Source: Eledone cirrhosa (Eukaryota). Taken from it: DNA of 64,000 bases. Shown piece after piece: positions 26,285-39,783 of this stretch (positions are counted from its first letter, which is position 1; each line of letters begins with the position of its first letter). Both the position numbers and the translations under genes were made by a program. The notes beneath the pieces are model-generated. The model saw only the letters and a program-made list of their open reading frames with translations, was not told where the DNA came from and made no database searches. The stretch covers positions 24,800,001 through 24,864,000 of the forward strand of contig OZ024751.1 of the NCBI GenBank assembly GCA_964016885.1. Direction: 5' to 3'.

Positions 26285-26500
26285 AAGAGTTTCCTCTGAG
26301 GCTCTGCAATGCGCCACTTTCGGTGCTCCAGGGAAAGTGATTCCCCCAGGTACTGGGGGAATCACTTTCAGCTTTTTGAGGGATACTTTAAGATTGTCTT
26401 TGAAATGTTTTTTCTGTGCACAGACTGAATGCTTGCTCTGATTCAGATGTTTCGGTAGCTTTCTGTCAGATATCCTGACAACATGATCTGTCGATCTAAA
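26285..26500 (-). mobile_element. RTE/BovB-type LINE C-terminal fragment
   Basis: Minus strand RSTDHVVRISDRKLPKHL...QSKHSVCAQKKHFKDNLKVSLKK resembles RTE LRWxGHVVRMxDxRLPK...GKRSxGGQKKRFKDxLKxSLK. Confidence 0.8.
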
Positions 26501-26656
26501 AATGACAAAACATACATCTATATAATATATATATATATATATATATCATCATCATCACCGTTTACCATCCATTTTCCACACTATTATGGGTTAGAAACAT
26601 ATGTTATATATATATATGTATATATATAACATACATCTTGTATAATATAAGATATA

Positions 26657-27416
26657 TCTACTATATAAATGGCAATTTCTGTCTGTATAACCAGTTGGCG
26701 CCTACACCAGTGATCCGATCCTGATGAAACTTTACACACATGTTAAGTTAATATTCAGAAACAGGACTGGCTAATTGGATTTCAATAAACATCAATAATG
26801 GAACACCTGTGGACATCTTTACAATGGAGGAGGAAAGAGAAGACATTTCAGTGAGATAGGGGAAAGAGGAGATACTACTACTGTATGTTAAACCCTCCCT
26901 ACCACTACTCCCCTTCCCCCTCCAGCTCAGTCCTCCAAAACGAGGCAACAACTTATTAGAAATATACATTAAGAAATTTCAAACAAAGCAGACGACAATC
27001 TAATTTTACAAGCAGTGATATACGGTGTTTGAACAGTACCTGAATATGTTCACTCGGTTATAATTTCTTCAGTAATTGCGATGACTTCCTCAATTGATCT
27101 GTGTTTGTTCTTCAGCGCTAAGGCAGTAAGTTTGCTATTCTTATACATAAGTTTGTTGAATAAGTTTGATACTCTTTGAGCTCAAACTTCCCTGGCTAAT
27201 TCACTCTGGATGAAGAAAGCTGGATGGAAGAAAGACTTATGACTTAAACAGCTATTGATAGTTCCACACAAAAAAATTGATCTGCCATAAACACACATAG
27301 CAAAGGTTGTTATTGAAAATCCAGTATGGGCACCCAGGGTCGCTATCATTTTCAGGCGCACTCTGGGAACTGCGAATAACCCCACCTTTCCCGGGTATTA
27401 CCGTGTACTGCAGCTA

Positions 27417-27417
<1 letters not shown>
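26657..27417 (+). mobile_element. Non-autonomous Helitron-like element
   Basis: a|TCtactatataaa...ctgtctgt 5' end; subterminal GC hairpin cccgggtattaccgtg then CTAG|t 3' end; inserted in an AT dinucleotide with no TSD. Confidence 0.65.
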
Positions 27418-27464
<47 letters not shown>

Positions 27465-29295
27465 ATAATAATTGTTTCTACTTTAGGCACAAGGCCAGCA
27501 ATTACCCAGTGCATTACTGGTACTTTATTTTATCGGCCCCGTAAGGATGAAAGGCAAAGTCAACCTCGGAAGTCAACAATGGAAGGTAGTACTAAGTACT
27601 AGCCGGTTACCGGTATGATAAAAGGCTCAATGTAAATTATCAAGTGTTTTACAGAGCTGAGAGACTGTGTTAAAACAAGTTTAATACATTTATTTAGTTT
27701 AATACATTTATTTGCTGACAATTGTTTCTTCCAGAGGGTTGTCTGGAATCATCTAAGCATAGGGAATGTCTAAACAGGTGATTCCTAGTCTTCAGAACAT
27801 TTAGGTAATATGTAACTTGTTAGTGTCCTAGACATCATGTAGAGAATCGGGAGTTAAAAGAATGTTATGCTTCAGAGAACACAATTACAAGGAGCAATGG
27901 TGAAAAGTGCAAAAAGTACAAGCAAAAAAAGTTACAAGCAAGAAAATATGTAAGATAGGATAGACATAAGATATCATAGCATTGGAAATCGGGTAATGTT
28001 AAGGGTATATAATTGCAAGAGTCAATACAATCAATAAGGCATGTATGAGGAAAGTGTTATATTACAGCTGAAATAAGCATATTACGCGTAGAATGTAAAA
28101 GCATGTTACAAGTGTTAGAAATGTTTAAATTTTTTAAAATGGCGTGCTATATGGTAGGGAGACATGGGTGATAAAATAGGTATATGTTATGTGAGATGTA
28201 ATGCAAAGCATGTGATTGAATTATGATACGTGTCTACATAATACATTAAACAAAGATCTGTATAACCAGAAAACTGTTGAAAAACCTAAGCAGACATAGA
28301 GATTAGCTACTAGGCTACAATAGATATTATCTAAGTTTTAATTTTAACTTATTGATTGCGGTAGCTTTTTTTCTTGATTGATGTCAGAAAGAATTTAACT
28401 GTGACTCAGTTTTGAAAAGGCAATGCAGAAGTCATTGGGTACATATTAAGTGTAGTGGAAACTTCAGTAAACTGATATAGATTTAACAATTAACCCTTTT
28501 AAGAAACTGCTTGAAACCGTCTCTGCTTCTATGGTACTAAATTGTTTATTTAAAAGGATCGATAACCATCATCATCATCATTGTTATCACCATTTAGCTT
28601 CTATAGAGCAGTCTTCTCTTTTGCACATTACATCTGATTCTTATTATACCCAGTTTCTCTCTTATTTCATCCATGCTTTGTCAAACTACCTAGAACCAAC
28701 CCTAGTTCTGTGAAGAAAAACGATTTGTTTTAAAGGGGTCATTTTAAAATTTAAACCTTCCACTATAATTTTGTCTAAGAACCTTTTCTTAACTTGTGTT
28801 TTAAACTTATTGTATCTATTTGAATATAAGCTAAGGAATATTTAATTTAAAAAAAAATCGATAGTAAAATGGGAGTAAATTGGCTTATGTATACCATCTA
28901 AACAATGTTTTGATTAGCTGCCTTGGTTTATAAACAAGGTTTAGATTCCTGCCTATTTCTCAGACATAAAATACTGGGGTCGGCTTATATTCAAGTATAT
29001 ACAATGCTAGTTAAAAAATTAGGTATTTTACTAAATCTCATTTTTTTTTTTTGGTTATATAATTGAAAATCGTTGGCTTTAAATTTCATAGATTTCATTA
29101 GAAGTATGGTAACGAAAGGCTTAAAAGTTTATTTTGTAGAAATAAACTACAATGTAAATTTTAACAATGCATCAGGAAATCTTTTTATTGATTCAGCAAA
29201 TATTTCTAAACTTCTCTTTGAACTGTTTGTTTACAATAGCATGAATATTCTCTAACCATGTGTAAGAATTCCTTTACAATTTCTCTGTAGTTCAT

Positions 29296-29413
29296 ATTAT
29301 ATATATATATGTGTGTGTGTGTATATATATGTGTGTAGCTATATATAGTTGTGTGTGTATATATATATTTGTGTGTGTATATATATATGTGTGTGTGTGT
29401 ATATATGTGTGTG

Positions 29414-29446
<33 letters not shown>

Positions 29447-29687
29447 ATATATGTGTGTGTATATATATATGTGTGTGTATATATATGTGTGTGTATATAT
29501 ATATGTGTGTGTGTGTGTATATATGTGTGTGTATATATATATGTGTGTATGTGTATGTATGTGTGTGTATGTATATATGTGTGTGTATGTATATATGTGT
29601 GTGTATGTATATGTGTGTGTGTATGTATATATATGTGTGTGTGTTTGTATATATATGTGTGTGTGTGTGTGTATAAATATATGTATG

Positions 29688-29722
<35 letters not shown>

Positions 29723-29767
29723 ATGTATATATATATATATATATATTTGTGTGTATGTATATATATA

Positions 29768-29802
<35 letters not shown>
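29296..29802. repeat. (TA)n(TG)n compound microsatellite
   Basis: Direct reading. Confidence 0.97.
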
Positions 29803-29803
<1 letters not shown>

Positions 29804-29989
29804 CGAAATACAATTTGTAGTGTAGGCAGACAATAGAAACTTGTTTATTCTGCAAGTTGTTTACCTATTGCATGCTTTAAATTTGAGTCATGTTGTTATA
29901 AGTGTTCCTGCCGACACAACCCAGCCCAGCTAGGCTAACTCAAACACAATGTATCTGTGTGTGTGTGTATGTATGCATACATACACATG

Positions 29990-30042
<53 letters not shown>

Positions 30043-30131
30043 TCACATATATGCATACATTCATATAATAAATAAATATATCTCGTCTAACTCATGCTAG
30101 CGTGGAAGATAGACGTGAAACGATGTTGATG

Positions 30132-30174
<43 letters not shown>

Positions 30175-30176
<2 letters not shown>

Positions 30177-30510
30177 AGGCACATGGCTTAGTGGTTAGAG
30201 CATTGGCCTTGCAATCAAAAGGTTGTGAGTTCAATTCTCGGACCGGGTGATGTGTTGTTTCCTTGAGCAAGAGACTTTATTTCACATTGTTCCAGTTTAC
30301 TCAGCTGTAGAAATGAGATGATAGGAACTGAGGTCCCTATCATTCCACTGCAAAGTGGTCGTAGAGGTGCCACGGCAAAAAAGCACCCACCACTCACTGT
30401 AAATGAGGTTGGTGTTAGGAAGGGCATCCAGCTGTAGAAATCAAGCCAGTATCAGTTCCCGTCCCACCCTTGCAAGCAGGGAAAAGCGGACGTAAAATGA
30501 TGATGATGAT
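30175..30510 (+). mobile_element. SINE family A, full length
   Basis: ggaggcacatggcttagtggttagagc head ... gaaaagcggacgtaaaatgatgatg tail; inserted in (TA)n. Confidence 0.9.
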
Positions 30511-30952
30511 ATATATATATATATACTCACATATATGCGTACATTCATACACACACAAACTACTACACCAACCAACTTGTTTATATTCCATTGTTTTCTC
30601 CTCCTCTCTTCTTTATCTGTGTCTCATATCTATAGATATATATTTTATTTTCTTAACAGTTTTCTACACTCAACTTTCTGTCTGTGTCTGTGTGTGTCGT
30701 GACTTTTATTAAAAGCATTCGTCTAATTTAAAATATTTATCCCTTTCTTTGTCCATCATATTTACTAAATTGTCACATCATATAACATCTTTAACCCTCA
30801 CTGTATCATCCTGTCACATCATGTACCATCTTTAACCCTCACTGTATCATCCTGTCACATCATGTACCATCTTTAATGTTTTCTTAATCTGAGCCCTGTA
30901 AGTCTATTAAAGAAATCAATATTAATATTATTTTCTTTTTTTCTTTTTGCAG

Positions 30953-31134
30953 GTGGATTTTTAGTATTTCAAGCTATGCATCCTTCTCTTTGTGAGAGTA
31001 AATCCAGCAAGTGTACTTCTCTAACATCTCTATCACAGCCTTGCCTGCCAATTAGTAATGTAGGACCAACACGCATTCTTCATTTTCTATACTTAGGCTC
31101 ACAGAGGGATGCTATGTCCCAAGATATAATACAG
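30953..31134 (+). CDS. DUSP16: DUSP8/16-like exon (end of rhodanese, linker, start of phosphatase domain)
   Basis: Polypyrimidine tract + cag acceptor, CAG|gtaaaa donor; GGFLVFQAMHPSLCESK...SLSQPCLPISNVGPTRILHFLYLGSQRDAMSQDIIQ, typical of DUSP8/16. Confidence 0.95.
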
Positions 31135-31684
31135 GTAAAATTACCAAATTTGATGTTATGTGTCTTACTTTACTTTTTACCATTTACATTACTTTATATA
31201 TATATATTACTCTTTACCATCTATGTTACTCTACATGTATTATTTAGCATTTACATTACTCTATATATATTATTGTATTTTCATGGTAAACACTTCATCT
31301 CACTTAATATCGAATCTATGAGATTTTGAGATTATTTATTTTGAGAACAATACCTTAACATAAATATGAGCAGCCAGTTATGACTGTTTTATGTTCTAAA
31401 CTACTATATATACTTGTGTATGTTACACCTGTAGATAAGTCATTTGTATACACAAGTATATAGTGTTGTAGTTTGCTTGAAGCTTTGTGGAATATGAAAA
31501 GTAGGTATGACTTTGAAGCCACTGACCAAGATACTCTCATGGAATGACCAAATGAGGTTTAGTTTTCAACATAAAAAAAAACAAAAACAATGCAGTTATT
31601 AACAAAAAGAGTTGAAATTAATGCATGCAAGATTTCACAGCTCTAGCATAAGTCCTTCATAGTCAGCCTATGAACTTTCCAGCT

Positions 31685-31739
31685 TACAATGTAAATAACC
31701 ACCACATGATTCATCCATGTGGTGGTTATTTACATTGTA
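31685..31739. repeat. Perfect 24-bp inverted repeat, 7-nt loop (DUSP intron)
   Basis: tacaatgtaaataaccaccacatg-attcatc-catgtggtggttatttacattgta. Confidence 0.95.
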
Positions 31740-32289
31740 CTTTTGTGGCAAAGAGTGTAACTTGAGTCAACTCAGTGTGTCAGTCATTAGGTTATATACG
31801 TGTCCTAATTGTCACTTGAATATATTGTATTTTTAAATTAGTTGTAAACATCAAACACTACTTTAATCATCCTCTGCTTTCCATGCTGGCATGGGTCAGA
31901 CTAGTCATTAACCCTCTAGTATTTACATTACTCTATATATACTATTGTATTTTTATGGTAAAGGCTTTACCTCACATAATATCGAATCTATGAAATTTTT
32001 ACATTTATTTTCATAACAGTACCTTAACATAAGTATGAGCAGCCAGTTACAGCCGGTTTGAACAGAAAGTGGTGAGAGAATTCTGGCCACATACGGCCGG
32101 TTTAAATGTTAATGGGTTGAGGTCTAAATTAGTTGTTAATTGATGTTACTTCTCTCCCAAATGGAGTAGAGGACTGTTTCACTCAATTGTTATCCTTTCT
32201 AGCACCAACTATTTCATCATGGCACTAATATTGAAGATGGTGCAATCGCCTCAGCAAAACTAAACAATGCTCCTATGTTGTCTCTGTTC

Positions 32290-32700
32290 AATCACCAGTC
32301 ACTTTACAGAGTATACATGGTGTATTTATTATGGCACCAACACTAGTGAGGATGTCTTAACTCTCAACCCTGTCTCGGCCAGTTTATCACTTTACTGAGT
32401 GTACTTGGTACATTTTATGACACCAACACTAGAGAGGTCCTCTTAACTCCATCTCAGATAGTTTGTCATTTTACAGAGTATAGTGGTACATTTTATGGCA
32501 CCAACACTGGAGAGGTTGTCTTGTCCTCTCAACTCCGTCTCAGCCAGTTTGTCACTTTACAGAGGACACATGGTGTATTTTATCATGGCACCAACACTAG
32601 AGAGGTTGTCATGCCTTCTCAACCCTGTCTCAACCAGTTTGTCATTTTACAGAGTATACATGGTGTATTTTATGGCACCAACCCTAGAGAGGTTGTCTTG
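32290..32700. repeat. Degenerate ~85-90-bp tandem repeat, about 5 copies
   Basis: ccagtttgtcactttacagagtatacatggtgtattttatggcaccaacactagagaggttgtc repeated. Confidence 0.85.
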
Positions 32701-32771
32701 ATCCTGATAATCTGAAATTATTTTGATGTTGAAATTTTACATTGATTTTTGTTTATTTTCTGTGTGTTTAG

Positions 32772-32919
32772 GTTAATGGCATATCCTACATTTTAAACGT
32801 GACCACAACATGTAAACAACCTGCATTCATTCAAGAGAGCCACTTTCTCCGCATTCCAATAAATGATAATTACTTTGATAAGATGCTACCATACTTCCAC
32901 GATGCATTCCAATTCCTTG
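32772..32919 (+). CDS. DUSP16: DUSP8/16-like exon (phosphatase domain with general-acid Asp); not in the ORF track
   Basis: tag|GTT...CTTG|gtaaga; 148 nt, VNGISYILNVTTTCKQPAFIQESHFLRIPINDNYFDKMLPYFHDAFQFL; phases 0 and 1 match both neighbours. Confidence 0.95.
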
Positions 32920-33620
32920 GTAAGAATTATTTCTCTTTACATTATTCTGTCTATACCTGTTGTATAATTTAATCCTTTCATTACCATATTTCTAATAAAA
33001 GAGACTACCTACGATTATTGAAGAACTTTAGTAATAAAGCTGATTTTGTTATTATTAAATTACTGTTTGGAACATAACTTAACAAGGTTCTTAGATAAAA
33101 TTATGATGGAAGGCTTTTAAAGGGCATCCAGCTGTAGAAACCAAGCTAAAATCAGTTCTGTATGAGTAAGTCATGGGCACCTGACCCAGTGAAAATATAA
33201 ATCACTACCATCAGCATCATCATCATCATATGTCTATTTTCCATGCTTGTATGGGCTAGACAGCTATTGTGTGCAGCGGCAGAATTGGTCAGGTGAATAT
33301 GTTCTGTTCTCATATGCCTTGTTTTAGCATGGTTTCTATGGCTGGATGCCCTTCCTAACATCAACCACTTTACAGCGTATACTGGGAGCATGGTTTCTAT
33401 GGCTGGATGCTCTTCCTAACACCAAATATTTTACTGTGTGTACTGGGAGCATTTTATTGTGACTCCAACACTACTTCGTTACAGGGTGGACTGGGTGTTT
33501 TATAGTGGCACCAGGACTACATGAAGAAAACATATGTCTTGCTATTATTATATTTATCTGCACTGTGATGACTATATTTTGAAATATATATATTTACTTG
33601 TTTTATTTTTATTTCCTCAG

Positions 33621-33744
33621 ACAAAGTGAGAGAGGCTAATGGTTGTGTACTAATCCATTGCCTGGCTGGTATCTCTCGTTCACCAACGCTGGCAATAGCC
33701 TATGTTATGAGGCATCTAAAGATGTCTTCAGATGATGCATACAG
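33621..33744 (+). CDS. DUSP16: DUSP8/16-like exon with catalytic loop
   Basis: cag|AC...ACAG|gtat; DKVREANGCVLIHCLAGISRSPTLAIAYVMRHLKMSSDDAYR contains the HCxxGxSRS active-site motif. Confidence 0.97.
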
Positions 33745-33761
33745 GTATATTATGCCAGATA

Positions 33762-33802
<41 letters not shown>

Positions 33803-33804
<2 letters not shown>

Positions 33805-34218
33805 GGCAGTATCGGTAGAGGGTCGGACACCATGCTTTGCGGCACAGAGTTACGGCCCTTTACGTTCTGAGTTCAAATCCCGCCATGATTAACTTTGCCT
33901 TTCATTCCTACAGGGTTGATAAAATAAAGCACCAGTAATGCTCTGGGGTCGATTTAATTGACTTTCCCCTCCCCCAAATTCGCTGGCCTTGTGCCTATAT
34001 TAGAAACCATTATTTATTGAGAATAAGGGCGGTGGATTGGCAGTATCGGTAGAGGCTCGGGCGCCATGCTTTCCAGCATAGTTACGTCACTTTACGATCT
34101 GAGTTCAAATCCCGCCGAGGTTAACTTTGCCTTTCATCCTTTCGGGGTCGATAAAATAAAGTACCAGTAATGTACTGGGATAATTGCTGGTCTTGTGCCA
34201 AAAGTAGAAACAATTATT
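33803..34218 (+). mobile_element. Two tandem SINE family B copies
   Basis: tggcagtatcggtagag A-box, gagttcaaatcc B-box and core, twice. Confidence 0.85.
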
Positions 34219-35319
34219 TATTGAGAAGCACACTTGTTCTATTTCTGTTCTTTCGTTGTTTGTTATTTTTAAATTATTGTCATCATCATCGTCATCATCA
34301 TCCTAACACTAACTTAAATTTATCTTTAACCCTTTAGCATTTAAACCGGCCATATCCAGCCAGAATTATCTCACCTCTTTCGGTTCAAACTGGCTGTAAC
34401 TGGCCACTCATACTAATATTAAGGTATTATTCTCAAAATAAACACTATCAAAATCTCATAGATTCGATATTATGAGAGATAATTGTGTGAAATAGTGTTC
34501 ATCATGAAAATACAATAGTAAACATGTTGTTGGATAGATTCTACCTGTAATTCAATGACGGCCCAAGTATGTCACCTATTGCATCAAGCTGATTCTGTCC
34601 AAGAATTACATTAATGGTACATGTGTCTGTGGAATACTCAGCCCTTTACATTGTATTACAAGATGAATGTCAAAGGCTCTGCTTGAGTACTGGTCAGCCT
34701 GGACGGCATGTCCAACTTTTTCAAGAAAGCAGATGTTAAATGACGAAGATGATGATGATGATAAATTCTTTTTGAGAAATACAATTAAGGGTCCCAGTAA
34801 TTGTGGAATACTCAGCCACTGATGCTGTAATACAAAACTGAATGTACATATTGTGTCATAGTGAATCTCCCTGAACATTAGTTTAAAGTGCACATGTCTG
34901 TAATACCCTATGAGTATGTAGTTCAGTTGAAACAACTGAATGTTTATCGTTAAAACTGACAGAAGATCTGTTATTGTTAGTAATGTGAAGGCACATAGTG
35001 TTGTGGAACAGGCACTGCATTTTGTTCTTGAGCAAGACTCTTCATTTCATGATGCTCCAGTTATCTGAAAGCAAAATTAGTACCAGCAGAAGTAGTAGCT
35101 AGGTTTAACCCCTGCAACAGACAGGAGGGGGATTCCTTTCATGATAGGACCGGGCCCTCTATCATTAAAACATCTGAAAAACCTCCTATGCAATGTAACC
35201 ATGTGTAGGGCCAGCTAAATCTATGTAGTTGTGAGATGTGACAACAACAATAATAACATTGTCAATATAGAAATAAATGTAATTTTGGTGAGTTATATTT
35301 TCAGTTAAATATATGTTTA

Positions 35320-35812
35320 CCTCTGAACGCCTTGCTTCCCTGTGTATGGGTACATATTAAATCTCCGATGTCTGGCAACTGACTTGGTAGACACCCATAA
35401 GATTGTTAACTATCCTTCCAACAACAACCCTGAGCACCTTTTTAATTCCATGTGTCTAATACTCGTGGACATGCCAACAAAATCAGAAAACAGTACAGCT
35501 CCCATGACTTTCAGAAACATTTTTTCACACTCAGAGTTGCTGAAGCATGGAACAAACTACCTGCATCAGTTGTTAGCTGTCGAGACACTGTCTCCTTCAA
35601 AATTTCCATGCTTCCTGAAATTCACCAATACTACACCTAATATTCCCCCTCCATACACACGCATGTGTGTCTGTGTGTGTATATCATGACTCATACACTG
35701 TTCACTTTCCTGGCATTTGTACATTATTCTATGTACTATACATGCACCTTTGATGAATTGTAGTGCACATGAGCACTGTACACATTCATTTTCATTATTA
35801 TTATTATTATTA
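35320..35812 (+). mobile_element. CR1-type LINE 3' end
   Basis: TRGHANKIRKQ...KHFFTLRVAEAWNKLPASVV...SFK; 3'UTR hairpin gtagtgcacatgagcactgtac; (ATT)n tail. Confidence 0.9.
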
Positions 35813-35900
35813 TAATCTTATGTATTAGGAAGATTTTGTGTTTTGTTTTGAAATTATCTGCTATGGACTCTCATTTCTTTATTTTGGATTCTAATTTCAG

Positions 35901-37644
35901 ATATGTTAAGGCCAAGCGTCCAACCATTTCTCCAAACTTTAACTTTTTGGGACAATTGCTTGAATATGAAAAACAGTTAAGAGAAGATCAAGAGAAAGCT
36001 CAGAAGCTTGCTGAAACATCAGGAAAAACTATCGATGTGTCTCGTGGAGGGCAGTTTGCCATGGATTTATGCAGTAGCCCTGTCTCACCAATTCCTAAAG
36101 TACATCGAACTTGTGCTAGCATGACACCAGCTCTATGTTTGCCAGTGACCCGACCGTCTCTGACAACAACAACAACAACAACAACAGCAGCAGCAACAGC
36201 AGCTTCACCAGAAGCCACTATATCTCCTCTTGTTTCTCCCACGTCTGTTGAGGAAGCTGATTCTATGCACAAAATAGTATCTACTAGTGGCTCGACGGCG
36301 GTCCCCTGTCTTTCTAAGCCTCCATCTATCTCTTGCACTAGCCCTAGCAGCACTACTGCTATTACTACAACTACGATGACTGTTACTGCTCCATCTACCA
36401 TCACTAATACCTCCATTAAAACCTGTTCAAAGTTAACATTATCTCCTCCTTCACGACCACAGACATTCACAAGCCTGCCTTTTAAGAGAACAATACTTCC
36501 CACTTCAATTTCTTCACCCCTTATACTGTCACTTTCTCCTACTGCTGCTCTGGCAAAACTGAATTTTAGTCAGAATAGTGTCGAAACTATGGAAACACTG
36601 GAAACGGTAACTGTTGAAAATAATCTTCAGATACACAAATTTCCAACTACCTCATTGGACAAACTTAGCTTCACACCATGCTTTGCCAAGGACGAGGCAG
36701 ATAATGCCAGTTGCAGCAATGTCATTAATAAGGACAGTGATGTCAGTGATAGTAGTACTACTACTACTAATACTACTACTACTACTATTACTACTACTAC
36801 TACTACTACTACTACTAATACTAATACTACTCCTGTCACGACTATTACCACTATTACTAGCACTACTCCTCTTGCCACAACTTGCATGACAGTGAGGCCA
36901 CGAAACACTGCTGTCAAGAGATGCAAGTCCTCATCTCTTTCTTCTTCTTCATCATCTTCCTCCTCGACCTCTACAAGTGACGTCACCGAGAGCAAATTCA
37001 TTGAGCCTCTATCACCCAGTTCATCAGGTAGCAGTTCAACGTCAAGCTCTGCAGTCACCTCACCCACAACTGCTAACTCTTCAAAGGTTATACTTCGCTC
37101 AAGAGAGAATCGCGCCAAACGACCATTAGTCCGCCCCAACAGCATCGCATTCTCCACTTACCCGACATTCGATTTGGGTTCCGATTGCCAGGAGTCTCCA
37201 GGATCTAGCAGTACAACTTCTCAAGATGACACGTCGGAAGCATATCTATTGCACAATGGCAAGAAATCGAAGCCTTCAGAATCAGGTGGCCATTGGCCTT
37301 ATGGTCGCTACTCCGAGCGACATGTCTACAAACAGATCGCCGCTGCCATGGAAAGTGCCATGGTTCGAACGCACGTGTTTGAAAATTCTCGAAAATCTCG
37401 TAGTCTGGATGATATCTTGACTTCTGAAGAGGATCCGTCTGAATTAGACTGTTCTTGTTCCCCGCTCGACAAGTTACCTCGGCGGTGTGGAGCAAGTGCC
37501 GATATTTACTCGAAGGGTATCTTTGAGAATCTCTCTTGTCGTATCCGAGGTTCGTCGGATTCTTACCAGTCAAGCAGCAGCATTTCCTCAAGTGGCAGTC
37601 ACAGTTCACTACATGGAAGTCTAGAAATCATTCAGGTATCATAA
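35901..37644 (+). CDS. DUSP16: DUSP8/16-like last coding exon (end of catalytic domain + long Ser/Thr/Pro-rich tail)
   Basis: ttcag|A acceptor; YVKAKRPTISPNFNFLGQLLEYEK; ends SLHGSLEIIQVS*, resembling the vertebrate DUSP8/16 C-terminus (GS.E.IEVS). The five exons sum to 2373 nt = 791 codons including the stop. Confidence 0.95.
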
Positions 37645-37844
37645 GACAAAACACACTTTCAACATTTTTCTGGGTTTTTTTTTTTTTTTTTTTTTGTTTT
37701 GTTTTTGTTATGTGTATCAGGATGTTCACCTCTCACCTTCCTTTTGGTTTATTATCATTATTGTCTGTGTGTGTGTGTGCATGAGCAAACCCCACCACCA
37801 CCACCACCACCACCAACCTGCTTATTATTATCATTACTATTGCT

Positions 37845-38258
37845 GTGGATTGGCAGTATCGGTAGCGAGCCAGACGACATGCTTTGCAATATAGTTACGG
37901 CCCTTTATGATCTGAGTTCAAATCCCGCCGAGGTTAACTTTGCCTTTCATCCTTACGGGGTCGATAAAATAAAGTACCAGTAATACACTGAGTAATTGCT
38001 GGCCTTGTGCCTAAATCAGAAACCATTATTATTAATATTAGGGCAGTGGATTGGCAGAATTGGTAGAGCGTCGGACTGAGTGCTTTGCAGCGTTCAGTTA
38101 CATCCCTTTACAATCTGACTTGAAATTCCGCCAAGGTCAACTTTGCCTTTCATCCTTCCAGGGTTTATAAAATAAAGTACCAATTAATTACTGGTGGTTG
38201 ATTTGATTTGCTCCTCAACTTCCCCACACTCCCCCTCCCCCTAAAGTAGATAATTATT
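37845..38258 (+). mobile_element. Two tandem SINE family B copies just after the DUSP stop codon (probable 3'UTR)
   Basis: Same head and core as the 34027 copy. Confidence 0.8.
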
Positions 38259-39783
38259 GTTTTATTTTATTTTATTTTATTTTATTTAAAAAATTTTTTT
38301 TGTTGTTAATTTTTTAATTTAAAGAAATGTTTATACTTGTTTATTGTTTCTACCCCCACCCCCTCTCCATTTCCCCTATTTTATTAATAAGCACCCCTTC
38401 CCACCTTTGTCCTGATACAATATTTGGAGTTTATTTAATGAACTGTAGGAGACTTGTCTAATAATTCTAGGAAATTATTAGTATTTTTTGTTTATTTTTA
38501 TTTTTCAATTCAATTCATATCACTGCTTCAGACGAGCTGTGTCTCTTGTTAAATACACGGCTATATATATATATATATACACACACACGTACATATATGT
38601 GTATATTTATATGACAGACTTGCAAATTTAAGTGCACACACACAGCTATTTACAAACACACACACATTATATACATATATATATATATGATGATATATGT
38701 ATGTATATATATATATTTGTATATAAGACAGACTTGTAAATTTTAACCAGTTCTATACGTAAATATACGTATATACATGCATATATATATATATGTATGT
38801 ATATATAAAGACAGACTTGTAAATTTAAACTAGAAAACACACTCCCATATATATATCTATACATACATACACACACAGATACATACATTTGTTTGAGTGA
38901 AAGACATTGATATCAAATATAATCTATTATGTATAACGTAATAATAATAATATTGACATGTCTTGTATTTTTTGAAATCATCGGTAAATGATTCCGACAA
39001 AAACAGAACGAAACTGTATATTAGAACCTTTTTTTGTTTGGTTTGGTTTTTGGAAACAATGTGTTTTATTTTCATAAAGTTTCTTTGATGTTCTTGGTGA
39101 TTGTTGCGAGTGTTAGCAATTAAAAAGGAACATTCCAATATCTAAACCCGTTTATTTTTATTTAACCCAATGACCTCTTATTATTGTTATTATTATTATA
39201 GTGAATGAAGTAACCTTTAGGGTGGTGAATTTTTTTATGAATTACTTCCCTTAACACTGTATTATGTATTAAGGGGAGATTACTCTATCAGCGACATAAG
39301 GTGCCTAGAGCATGCAGAAGGTTAATTACTTTTAACTTTTAACGTCCTGTACCACATGAAACCACATCAACAAGACATTCTTGTAAACTACAATGATTGC
39401 ATTACATAAATCCTTTAGTATTTACATTACTGTATATATACTATTATATTTTCATGGTAAAGTCTTTATCTCACATAATATCAAATCTATGAGATTTTGA
39501 TATTATTCATTTTGAGAACAATACCGTAATATCAGTATGAGTGGCTGTTTACAGCTGGTTTGAACAGAAAGAGGTGAGAGAATTCTGGCCTGATATGGCC
39601 AGTTTGAATGCTAAAGAGTTAAATATGTAAGTCTTTATGTTAGTTTACTGCAAATCTTCACAATGATCTGTCCACTAGTAAACATACTATTAACATCTGA
39701 ATTAACAGGTTTGTTTTCAGATATTTTATGTTAAATCATTACAGGATGCTTGAGTTAATCAATAATAACCTGTTATATATATA

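Noticed and set aside
26719-26735. ctgatgaaac as a hammerhead
   Set aside because: No stem II between the core words; part of the Helitron 5' motif. Likewise CTGATGA near 23932-23938 (minus) and CTGAAGA near 41208 lack a following GAAA.
30175-30250. tRNA gene
   Set aside because: A/B-box head continues into a SINE body and tail present in many copies; no complete cloverleaf.
35836-35900. N-terminal 22 aa of the 602-aa ORF
   Set aside because: Intronic; the true exon begins at 35901 after ttcag. The ORF-track read-throughs past 31134 and 33744 are likewise intron.
36000-37609. Antisense ORFs overlapping the DUSP last exon
   Set aside because: Shadow frames of Ser/Thr-rich low-complexity coding sequence.
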